Made by a program: the position numbers and the translations under genes | The notes under the pieces: model-generated | Told to the model about the DNA's origin: nothing | Seen by the model: only the letters and a program-made list of their open reading frames with translations | The model's database searches: none | Origin: Leucoraja ocellata | Lineage: Eukaryota | NCBI GenBank assembly: GCA_036785375.1 | Contig: JAWMAR010002360.1 | Location: 62,001 to 126,000 of the forward strand | DNA length: 64,000 bases | Direction: 5' to 3' | Shown: positions 1-11,306 of the stretch, piece after piece | Position numbering within the stretch: the first letter of the stretch is position 1 | How the letters are laid out: each line of letters begins with the position of its first letter

Positions 1-185
1 ATGATGAAGGTGATGACACGAAACAGCACTGCCCAGACGCACAACCACAAACGACCAAAGGCACTGGAGATGATATCCACACTTCCTCACAAGAGCCACA
101 AAGAGGCCAAAGAGTCCGCAGGCTAACGGAAAAGGGCCAAGAACTGCACGATGAGCAAGTAAGAAAGGTTGCACACCGTTTCAGT

Positions 186-3100
186 GTGAGCTACAAGAAG
201 TGGAAGGCTGTCATTAAGGACGCCAAAGGGGCGCTGAGTGGTCAATGCTCAAACAACCTGCTGAATGAACACATCACCAAGGTAAGCAATGCTTCAAAGA
301 ATCTGAACGCTGTTTATGAAGAGCTGAGACACATCGACATTCTAGATCATGACACACGTCGCAGAGTAGACACCTGTGAAGCAGTAACAAAGAAGATAAT
401 CAAAACGGCAAGAGGTTATCTAAACTCGGGAAAGAGTGAATGTCAAGTGGATGAAGAACAAGGTGTTAAAGATACAGAATCTGTGTTCAAGTCTGCAGCC
501 TCAGATAAAATGAGCATCAAATCTCACCGCACCAAATCCTCCCAGTCCTCTTCTCAAGGCAACTCAACAATCACATCCAGACATTCAAGCCAGTCTCCTG
601 CACACAGACTAGAAGCCGCTGCTGAAGTCGCAGCCAATGAAGCCACATTACAAGCGCTGCTAGAGCAAGAACAGGATATTATAGAACTTGAAAGACTTGA
701 GGCGGAAGATGCAGAGAGAAAAAGGGTGCTAGAGGCCAAACGCAGACAAATAGTGCGATTGGAGACAATAGGGAAGCTAAAGGCTGTCAAGGCACGACAG
801 CAAGTATATAAGCAGAGTGAATGCTCAGACGATGAAATAGACGAGCTGCTCTATCAACACGTCTCTCTGAAGGAGAAGAAGGAAGTCAACCAGGAAAGTA
901 ACCTGTCGAAGCATCACCCTCCACCACAAGCTATGACACTTCCAAAACAAGAAGATAGCACAGCAGCTCTTGTGAGAGTGTTTGCAGAGTCCATCAATGC
1001 GAGTCGTCTTCCTATACCGGAACCGTCAACGTTCAACGGCGACCCACTCAGATTCAATGACTGGAAGGTTTCCTTTCAGACATTAATTGACAAGAAAAAC
1101 TTACCAGGTGAAGAAAGGATATATTATCTGCGAAGGTATGTGGGTGGAGCTGCCAAGAAGGCCATAGTGAGTTACTTTCTGCTAGGCACAGAGTCAGCCT
1201 ATCATGCAGCGTGGACCATCCTAGAAGAGAGATATGGCAATCCATTCCTCATCGCCAAAGCCTTCAGAGACAAGCTTGATTCATGGCCCAAGATAAGCTC
1301 CAAAGGCAGTTTAGAACTTCAAGAACTCACTGACTTCCTTCGCAGCTGTGAGGCCGCCATGTCTCAGATTAGAGGTCTTGAGGTACTCAATGACTGCAAC
1401 GAGAATCAGAAAATGCTTGTTAAACTTCCAGACTGGCTGACCTCAAGATGGAACAGGAAAGTCATAAAAGTGGAAGAACAAAGTCACACGTTCCCAAGCT
1501 TCAGCCAATTCATCAAGTTCCTCACACGTGAAGCAAAAATTGCTTGCAACCTGATAACGTCCCTCTACGCTCTAAAACTAAGGGAAGTTGAGAAGAGCAA
1601 GGCTTCAATGAACAAAGGTCCTGGAGCAAAGGTATTGGTAACAAACTCTGATGAGAAGGCAGTCGCCACAAGCTGTGTGTTCTGTGAGAGGGAAGGTCAC
1701 AGTCTACACAAGTGTTATAAATTCATGGATGAGACGGTCTCTGAGCGAGTCAAGTTTGTTCAAGAAAGGAAGTTGTGCTTTGGCTGTCTGAAGTCTGGTC
1801 ATCGCTCAAAGGAAAGTGAAAACAGAATGATCTGCAATACATGTGAAAGGAGACATCCAACTTGCCTCCACGACAATCGCACCAAGGAAGGAAGGATGTT
1901 AACAAGGCCTGATGAAGCAAGAGACCGTGAGCAGTCAACGGAAGGCAAGATGAACCGATCACAAGATAAGACAACAAGAACCTCACCTGAGGCAACATCC
2001 AATAGAGTCATCCAGCATGTCAAAAACACTCATACGTCCACCATCATCCCAGTGTGGGTGTCAGCCACAAGTGAGCCTAATCGTGAAGTTCTTGTGTATG
2101 CACTTCTGGATACACAGAGTGACACAACCTTTCTCCTAGAAGACAATGCAAAAGCTCTACACGTGAAGACCGAACCAGTTCAGCTAAAGCTCTCCACAAT
2201 GGCTTCAAGAAACACAGTTGTGTCCTGTAGGAAACTGACTGGTCTACAAGTAAGAGGATTTTACTCAGACAAGATAATCCAGCTGCCAGTGACCTACACA
2301 AGAGAATTCATACCTGCAAACAGAGATCATATTCTCTCACCAGAGACTGCAATGGCATGGCCTCATCTCGAACACATCGCAGATGACATAGCTCCACATC
2401 AAAGCTGCGACGTCGGCTTACTAATTGGCTACAACTGTCCTCAAGCTCTCGTCCCAAGACAAGTGCTACCTGGTGAAGAAAATCAGCCCTTTGCACTGAA
2501 AACCGACTTGGGCTGGAGTGTAGTGGGTTATGGCAACCTATGTCTCGATTATGGAGATGCTATTGGAGTGAGTCACCAGGTTATCGTGAAGCAAGTGATA
2601 TCAGTTATTCAGTCCTCTTCAAACCTCACAAGCGAAGTGCATTATGTCTGTAGAACACAGATCAAGGAAGTAGTCTCACCTGCAGCTGTCATCATGGTGC
2701 TGGAAGCTGACTTTGTGGAAGGAATTTCAGAGGAAGGCAACATCTCTCAAGAAGAGCTCCGATTCCTGTCAAGGATGGAAAAAGGCATCAGGCGCAAGGA
2801 GGATGGTCACTATGAGATGCCACTGCCGTTTAAGAAAGAAATACCCAACTTACCAGACAACAAGATATGTGCCATCCATCGTCTAAGGTGCCTAGAAAGG
2901 AAGCTGAAAAGAAATGAACAGTATTACAAAGACTACAAGACCTTCATGGATGAGACCATAACCCGTGGAGATGCAGAAAATGTCTCACAAGAAGACGTTA
3001 GTAAAGCTCCAGCATGGTACATTCCCCACCATGGGGTGTATCATCCGCAAAAGCCTGGGAAAATTTGTGTCGTTTTTTACTGTTCCACGAGGTATCAAGA

Positions 3101-3269
3101 GACAGCCTTGAATGATCATCTCCTGACGGGTCCAGAGTTGACGAACACCTTGTTGGGAGTCCTTTGTCATTTTCGTAAAGGTCCAGTGGCGATCATGTGT
3201 GACATAGAACGCATGTTTCATCAGTTCCATGTAAAGGCAGAAGATCAGGATTACCTACGTTTCCTATGA
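186..3269 (+). pseudogene. BEL/Pao Gag-protease-RT(N-terminal) ORF, unit 1 (frame open from base 3; upstream ATG is ACG)
   Basis: Gag motif FNGDPLRFNDW, Zn knuckles CVFC..H..C / CFGC..H..(S) / CNTC..H...LH, protease ALLDTQSD, RT WYIPHHGV, LNDHLLTGP, CDIERMF; ends in TGA TAG. Confidence 0.92.
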
Positions 3270-3322
3270 TAGGAGAATGGAAATCTTGAAGCACAACCCT
3301 CCATCTATCAGATGAAAGTCGT

Positions 3323-4417
3323 TTGTTTGGTGCAGTTTCCTCTCCTGGCTGTGCCAACTTGGGACTCAAACACCTGGCCGCTGAAGGACGAGGACGCTTC
3401 AGTGAAGACACCATCCAATTCATCCAGAATAATATCTATGTGGATGATGGCTTGGCAAGTGTAGCATCTGAAAGGCAAGCAATCAAACTAGTGAAAGAAG
3501 CGAGAGAGCTATGTAGCACAGGCAAACTTCGGCTACATAAGTTCATCTCTAACAGCAAGGAAGTCCTAGCCACAATCCCTAATGAGGATTGTGCTGAAGC
3601 TGCCAAGGACCTGGACATGGCACTGGGAGAACAACACATGGATAGAGCACTCGGTGTCCAGTGGTGTGTGGCTTCTGACGAATTCCAGTTCAGGGTAATT
3701 GTCAAAGAAAATCCATTCACCCGAAGAGGAGTCTTGTCCACGGTTGCCTCAGTGTATGACCCGCTCGGATTTGTGGCACCCTTCATCTTGGTAGGAAAGC
3801 AGATCTTGCAGCAGATGTGTCGTGACAAGCTCAGTTGGGATGACACCTTACCAGATGACCTACCCCTGTGGGAATCTTGGCACCAAGACCTGAAAAACCT
3901 GGCTGGTGTGAAGATCGGGAGATGCTACGCTCCACCAAGTTTCAATGTCCAGCACTATGAGCTCCACCATTTCTCCGATGCCAGTGTGACGGGCTATGGA
4001 GTTTTCTCATATCTCAGAGCGGTCAGTACATCAGGTGAAGTCCACTGCACCTTAGTAATGGGAAAGTCAAGAGTCGCCCCTACTAAGGTGATGACCATAC
4101 CAAGACTAGAGCTGTCAGCAGCAGTGGTAGCTGTCCGCATCAGTGACATGCTCAAGAAAGAGCTCGAAGTAGAATGCCGTCAAGAAATCTTCTGGACTGA
4201 TTCAAAGGTCGTACTTGGATACATCAGTAATCAAGCCAGAAGATTCCACGTGTTCGTAGCAAACTGCGTGGAACGCATCAAGCGAAGCACAGAGTCTGCG
4301 CAATGGAGGCATGTAACTTCTGAGGAGAACCCAGCAGATCACGCCTCAAGAGGTCTCACAGCAGGACAACTTATAGCCTCCAAACCGGTTCACCTGGAGA
4401 GACCCATAGTTAGATAA
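3323..4417 (+). pseudogene. BEL/Pao RT C-terminus + RNase H, unit 1, frameshifted; integrase missing
   Basis: FGAVSSP, YVDD, SVYDPLG, LHHFSDAS, IPRLEL, FWTDS, ENPADHASRG; 1-nt deficit at ~3321 relative to the upstream frame. Confidence 0.92.
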
Positions 4418-4484
4418 TATTTTGAACTAATATTTTATATGCAGTATGTATGTCTCTAAGTTGTTCTAAGAAATCACATGTGAT

Positions 4485-4494
4485 TTGGTGGGAG
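4485..4494 (+). other. Polypurine-tract-like primer site (TTGGTGGGAG) before LTR; repeated in each unit
   Basis: Immediately 5' of the LTR-initial TG in all four forward units. Confidence 0.7.
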
Positions 4495-4893
4495 TGTAAC
4501 TGCCCCACATCGGCAGTTAGTTAAATTCTGAACCTCACGGTTTTTGGTTCCTACCTGAAATAGTAGTGTTCCTAAGGGGGGAACTAATTGCCGACTTAGT
4601 TTCCGGGGGGCACGGTTGTTGGCACACACAGAAGCCATGACTAAGAAGAAACCAAGAAATACCTCTTAAGTAGTAAGCAGTGGACGAGGTATGTTGTTTA
4701 TTTGCTTGGTTAGTGTGGTGTTGTGTTCTGTATGGACGTACATGCATGTATTTTGTAAACTGCATTTTTATTTTGTTTGTTTTTGTTTTTTGTTGCCTTG
4801 TTTTTGGCTCAGTTCTCACGGGTTGGTTGGAGCCGAAAATAAACCCCGTATTTAACCACGATCTCGGGCCTCGTGTACTACGTGGGAGCTACA
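4495..4893 (+). repeat. LTR copy 1 (399 bp, TGTAAC...GCTACA; AATAAA at 4838-4843)
   Basis: Boundaries are fixed by where copy 4 ends (21571) and where the inverted copy begins (26883); TG...CA termini. Confidence 0.93.
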
Positions 4894-5574
4894 GTGAGAA
4901 CTCGACTGCTCTGCATGAGTAGCCGAGGAGGACGTCACCAGACGGCAGCAGCCGAGAAGAGACGAACCATATCCATGCTGCGTGTGTATCTTCTACCACC
5001 GCCTACGCCGAAACACAAGCAGATCAAGCCCACAGGAAGGCCCAGGTGCCCCTAGTGTGAATATTGCTGTTAAGAAAACTCGTGTTTTGCACAAGAGACT
5101 GATATATTATCTACATTTTCATTTAATAAGTTGATGTTGTTATTTTCTACAACTAAAGGACTTTAAGTGTTTTGCACAAGAGACTGAGATATAATGTGCA
5201 TTTCATTTATGTTGTTTACTTACCTTTCCTTATTGAAGACCATTGATACTCACACTGTGTTGATATTGAGAATTTGTTTATTGATGGTTACACTGTAAAA
5301 ATCCTGTTAAAACATGCAGTACTCATAGTAATTTAAAGGTGCATTTCTGTTACTTAACAAGTGTTTAATGCATATGTAACTTACCTGTGGAAGAGTTGAT
5401 AGCTTTATTTGTCTAATTATCACTCATAGTGATTTAAGTTGATAACACTATAAAAATTATTTATTAATTAGGTACTTACTCAACATAAGAAAATATTAGA
5501 TTTAAACCAAACTAAAGTAAACCAAGTTTGAGCTTTCCCCTGAAAGTGACAGAGAAGATGATGAAGGTGATGAC

Positions 5575-8500
5575 ATGAAACAGCACTGCCCAGACGCACA
5601 ACCACAAACGACCAAAGGCACTGGAGATGATATCCACACTTCCTCACAAAAGCCACAAAGAGGTCAAAGAGTCCGCAGGCTAACGGAAAAGGGCCAAGAA
5701 CTGCACGATGAGCAAAGAAGAAAGGTTGCACACCGTTTCAGTGTGAGCTACGAGAAGTGGAAGGCTGTCATTAAGGACGCCAAAGGGACGCTGAGTGGTC
5801 AATGCTCAAACAACCTGCTGAATGAACACATCACCAAGGTAAGCAATGCTTCAAAGAATCTGAACGCTGTTTATGAAGAGCTGAGACGCATCGACATTCT
5901 AGATCATGACACACGTCGCAGAGTAGACACCTGTGAAGCAGTAACAAAGAAGATAATCAAAACGGCAAGAGGTTATCTAAACACGGGAAAGAGTGAATGT
6001 CAAGTGGATGAAGAACAAGGTGTTAAAGATACAGAATCTGTGTTCAAGTTTGCAGCCTCAGATAAAATGAGCATCAAATCTCACCGCACCAAATCCTCCC
6101 AGTCCTCTGCTCGTTCTCAAGGCAACTCAACAATCACATCCAGACATTCAAGCCAGTCTCCTGCACACAGACTAGAAGCCGCTGCTGAAGTCGCAGCCAA
6201 TGAAGCCACATTACAAGCGCTGCTAGAGCAAGAACAGGATATTATAGAACTTGAAAGACTTGAGGCGGAAGATGCAGAGAGAAAAAGGGTGCTAGAGGCC
6301 AAACGCAGACAAATAGTGCGATTGGAGACAATATGGAAGCTAAAGGCTGTCAAGGCACGACAGCAAGTATATAAGCAGAGTGAATGCTCAGACGATGAAA
6401 TAGACGAGCTGCTCTATCAACACGTCTCTCTGAAGGAGAAGAAGGAAGTCAACCAGGAAAGTAACCTGTCGAAGCATCACCCTCCACCACAAGCTATGAC
6501 ACTTCCAAAACAAGAAGATAGCACAGCAGCTCTTGTGAGAGTGTTTGCAGAGTCCATCAATGCGAGTCGTCTTCCTATACCGGAACCGTCAACGTTCAAC
6601 GGCGACCCACTCAGATTCAATGACTGGAAGGTTTCCTTTCAGACATTAATTGACAAGAAAAACTTACCAGGTGAAGAAAGGATATATTATCTGCGAAGGT
6701 ATGTGGGTGGAGCTGCCAAGAAGGCCATAGAGAGTTACTTTCTGCTAGGCACAAGAGTCAGCCTATCATGCAGCGTGGACCATCCTAGAAGAGAGATATG
6801 GCAATCCATTCCTCATCGCCAAAGCCTTCAGAGACAAGCTTGATTCATGGCCCAAGATAAGCTCCAAAGGCAGTTTAGAACTTCAAGAACTCACTGACTT
6901 CCTTCGCAGCTGTGAGGCCGCCATGTCTCAGATTAGAGGTCTTGAGGTACTCAATGACTGCAACGAGAATCAGAAAATGCTTGTTAAACTTCCAGACTGG
7001 CTGACCTCAAGATGGAACAGGAAAGTCATAAAAGTGGAAGAACAAAGTCACAAGTTCCCAAGCTTCAGCCAATTCATCAAGTTCCTCACACGTGAAGCAA
7101 AAATTGCTTGCAACCCGATAACGTCCCTCTACGCTCTAAAACTAAGGGAAGTTGAGAAGAGCAAGGCTTCAATGAACAAAGGTCCTGGAGCAAAGGTATT
7201 GGTAACAAACTCTGATGAGAAGGCTGTCGCCACAAGCTGTGTGTTCTGTGAGAGGGAAGGTCACAGTCTACACAAGTGTTATAAATTCATGGATGAGACG
7301 GTCTCTGAACGAGTCAAGTTTGTTCAAGAAAGGAAGTTGTGCTTTGGCTGTCTGAAGTCTGGTCATCGCTCAAAGGAAAGTGAAAACAGAATGATCTGCA
7401 ATACATGTGAAAGGAGACATCCAACTTGCCTCCACGACAATCGCACCAAGGAAGGAAGGATGTTAACAAGGCCCGATGAAGCAAGAGACCGTGAGCAGTC
7501 AACGGAAGGCAAGATGAACCGATCACAAGATAAGACAACAAGAACCTCACCTGAGGCAACATCCAATAGAGTCATCCAGCATGTCAAAGACACCCATACG
7601 TCCACCATCATCCCAGTGTGGGTGTCAGCCACAAGTGAGCCTAATCGTGAAGTTCTTGTGTATGCACTTCTGGATACACAGAGTGACACAACCTTTCTCC
7701 TAGAAGACACTGCAAAAGCTCTACACATGAAGAACGAACCAGTTCAGCTAAAGCTCTCCACAATGACTTCAAGAAACACAGTTGTGTCCTGTAGGAAACT
7801 GACTGGTCTACAAGTAAGAGGATTTTACTCAGACAAGATAATCCAGCTGCCAGTGACCTACACAAGAGAATTCATACCTGCAAACAGAGATCATATTCTC
7901 TCACCAGAGACTGCAATGGCATGGCCTCATCTCGAACACATCGCAGATGACATAGCTCCACATCAAAGCTGCGACGTCGGCTTACTAATTGGCTACAACT
8001 GTCCTCAAGCTCTCGTCCCAAGACAAGTGCTACCTGGTGAAGAAAATCAGCCCTTTGCACTGAAAACCGACTTGGGCTGGAGTGTAGTGGGTTATGGCAA
8101 CCTATGTCTCGATTATGGAGATGCTATTGGAGTGAGTCGCCAGGTTATCGTGAAGCAAGTGATATCAGTTATTCAGTCCTCTTCAAATCTCACAAGCGAA
8201 GTGCATTATGTCTGTAGAACACAGATCAAGGAAGTAGTCTCACCTGCAGCTGTCTTCAAGGTGCTGGAAGCTGACTTTGTGGAAGGAATTTCAGAGGAAG
8301 GCAACATCTCTCAAGAAGAGCTCCGATTCCTGTCAAGGATGGAAAAAGGCATCAGGCGCAAGGAGGATGGTCACTATGAGATGCCACTGCCGTTTAAGAA
8401 AGAAAGACCCAACTTACCAGACAACAAGATATGTGCCATCCATTGTCCCAGGTGCCTAGAAAGGAAGCTGAAAAGAAATGACCAGTATTACAAAGACTAC

Positions 8501-8833
8501 AAGACCTTCATGGATGAGACCATAACCCGTGGAGATGCAGAAAATGTCTCACAAGAAGACGTTAGTAAAGCTCCAGCATGGTACATTCCCCACCATGGGG
8601 TGTATCATCCGCAAAAGCCTGGGAAAATTTGTGTCGTTTTTTACTGTTCCACGAGGTATCAAGAGACAGCCTTGAATGATCATCTCCTGACGGGTCCAGA
8701 GTTGACGAACACCTTGTTGGGAGTCCTTTGTCATTTTCGTAAAGGTCCAGCGGCGATCATGTGTGACATAGAACGCATGTTTCATCAGTTCCATGTAAAG
8801 GCAGAAGATCAGGATTACCTACGTTTCCTATGA
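5575..8833 (+). pseudogene. BEL/Pao Gag-PR-RT, unit 2 (ATG present; +1 frameshift near 6753; 6 bp extra near 6110)
   Basis: ORFs 5575-6843 and 6923-8833; GGCACAAGAG versus GGCACAGAG in unit 1. Confidence 0.92.
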
Positions 8834-8886
8834 TAGGAGAATGGAAATCTTGAAGCACAACCCTCCATCTATCAGATGAAAGTCGT

Positions 8887-9981
8887 TTGTTTGGTGCAGT
8901 TTCCTCTCCTGGCTGTGCCAACTTGGGACTCAAACACCTGGCCGCTGAAGGACGAGGACGCTTCAGTGAAGACACCATCCAATTCATCCAGAATAATATC
9001 TATGTGGATGATGGCTTGGCAAGTGTAGCATCTGAAAGGCAAGCAATCAAACTAGTGAAAGAAGCGAGAGAGCTATGTAGCACAGGCAAACTTCGGCTAC
9101 ATAAGTTCATCTCTAACAGCAAGGAAGTCCTAGCCACAATCCCTAATGAGGATTGTGCTGAAGCTGCCAAGGACCTGGACATGGCACTGGGAGAACAACA
9201 CATGGATAGAGCACTCGGTGTCCAGTGGTGTGTGGCTTCTGACGAATTCCAGTTCAGGGTAATTGTCAAAGAAAATCCATTCACCCGAAGAGGAGTCTTG
9301 TCCACGGTTGCCTCAGTGTATGACCCGCTCGGATTTGTGGCACCCTTCATCTTGGTAGGAAAGCAGATCTTGCAGCAGATGTGTCGTGACAAGCTCAGTT
9401 GGGATGACACCTTACCAGATGACCTACCCCTGTGGGAATCTTGGCACCAAGACCTGAAAAACCTGGCTGGTGTGAAGATCGGGAGATGCTACGCTCCACC
9501 AAGTTTCAATGTCCAGCACTATGAGCTCCACCATTTCTCCGATGCCAGTGTGACGGGCTATGGAGTTTTCTCATATCTCAGAGCGGTCAGTACATCAGGT
9601 GAAGTCCACTGCACCTTAGTAATGGGAAAGTCAAGAGTCGCCCCTACTAAGGTGATGACCATACCAAGACTAGAGCTGTCAGCAGCAGTGGTAGCTGTCC
9701 GCATCAGTGACATGCTCAAGAAAGAGCTCGAAGTAGAATGCCGTCAAGAAATCTTCTGGACTGATTCAAAGGTCGTACTTGGATACATCAGTAATCAAGC
9801 CAGAAGATTCCACGTGTTCGTAGCAAACTGCGTGGAACGCATCAAGCGAAGCACAGAGTCTGCGCAATGGAGGCATGTAACTTCTGAGGAGAACCCAGCA
9901 GATCACGCCTCAAGAGGTCTCACAGCAGGACAACTTATAGCCTCCAAACCGGTTCACCTGGAGAGACCCATAGTTAGATAA
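8887..9981 (+). pseudogene. BEL/Pao RT C-terminus + RNase H, unit 2
   Basis: Same translation as unit 1. Confidence 0.92.
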
Positions 9982-10058
9982 TATTTTGAACTAATATTTT
10001 ATATGCAGTATGTATGTCTCTAAGTTGTTCTAAGAAATCACATGTGATTTGGTGGGAG

Positions 10059-10457
10059 TGTAACTGCCCCACATCGGCAGTTAGTTAAATTCTGAACCTC
10101 ACGGTTTTTGGTTCCTACCTGAAATAGTAGTGTTCCTAAGGGGGGAACTAATTGCCGACTTAGTTTCCGGGGGGCACGGTTGTTGGCACACACAGAAGCC
10201 ATGACTAAGAAGAAACCAAGAAATACCTCTTAAGTAGTAAGCAGTGGACGAGGTATGTTGTTTATTTGCTTGGTTAGTGTGGTGTTGTGTTCTGTATGGA
10301 CGTACATGCATGTATTTTGTAAACTGCATTTTTATTTTGTTTGTTTTTGTTTTTTGTTGCCTTGTTTTTGGCTCAGTTCTCACGGGTTGGTTGGAGCCGA
10401 AAATAAACCCCGTATTTAACCACGATCTCGGGCCTCGTGTACTACGTGGGAGCTACA
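10059..10457 (+). repeat. LTR copy 2
   Basis: Identical by eye to 4495-4893. Confidence 0.93.
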
Positions 10458-11306
10458 GTGAGAACTCGACTGCTCTGCATGAGTAGCCGAGGAGGATGTC
10501 ACCAGACGGCAGCAGCCGAGAAGAGACGAACCATATCCATGCTGCGTGTGTATCTTCTACCACCGCCTACGCCGAAACACAAGCAGATCAAGCCCACAGG
10601 AAGGCCCAGGTGCCCCTAGTGTGAATATTGCTGTTAAGAAAACTCGTGTTTTGCACAAGAGACTGATATATTATCTACATTTTCATTTAATAAGTTGATG
10701 TTGTTATTTTCTACAACTAAAGGACTTTAAGTGTTTTGCACAAGAGACTGAGATATAATGTGCATTTCATTTATGTTGTTTACTTACCTTTCCTTATTGA
10801 AGACCATTGATACTCACACTGTGTTGATATTGAGAATTTGTTTATTGATGGTTACACTGTAAAAATCCTGTTAAAACATGCAGTACTCATAGTAATTTAA
10901 AGGTGCATTTCTGTTACTTAACAAGTGTTTAATGCATATGTAACTTACCTGTGGAAGAGTTGATAGCGTTATTTGTCTAATTATCACTCATAGTGATTTA
11001 AGTTGATAACACTATAAAAATTATTTATTAATTAGGTACTTACTCAACATAAGAAAATATTAGATTTAAACCAAACTAAAGTAAACCAAGTTTGAGCTTT
11101 CCCCTGAAAGTGACAGAGAAGATGATGAAGGTGATGACACGAAACAGCACTGCCCAGACGCACAACCACAAACGACCAAAGGCACTGGAGATGATATCCA
11201 CACTTCCTCACAAGAGCCACAAAGAGGCCAAAGAGTCCGCAAGCTAACGGAAAAGGGCCAAGAACTGCACGATGAGCAAGTAAGAAAGGTTGCACACCGT
11301 TTCAGT

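Noticed and set aside
554-3846. Antisense ORFs repeated in each BEL unit
   Set aside because: Shadow ORFs; recurrence only reflects the DNA duplication.
4680-4922. Hydrophobic 80-aa ORF in each LTR (env or membrane peptide?)
   Set aside because: GTG start and a by-product of the T-rich LTR tract; no env features.
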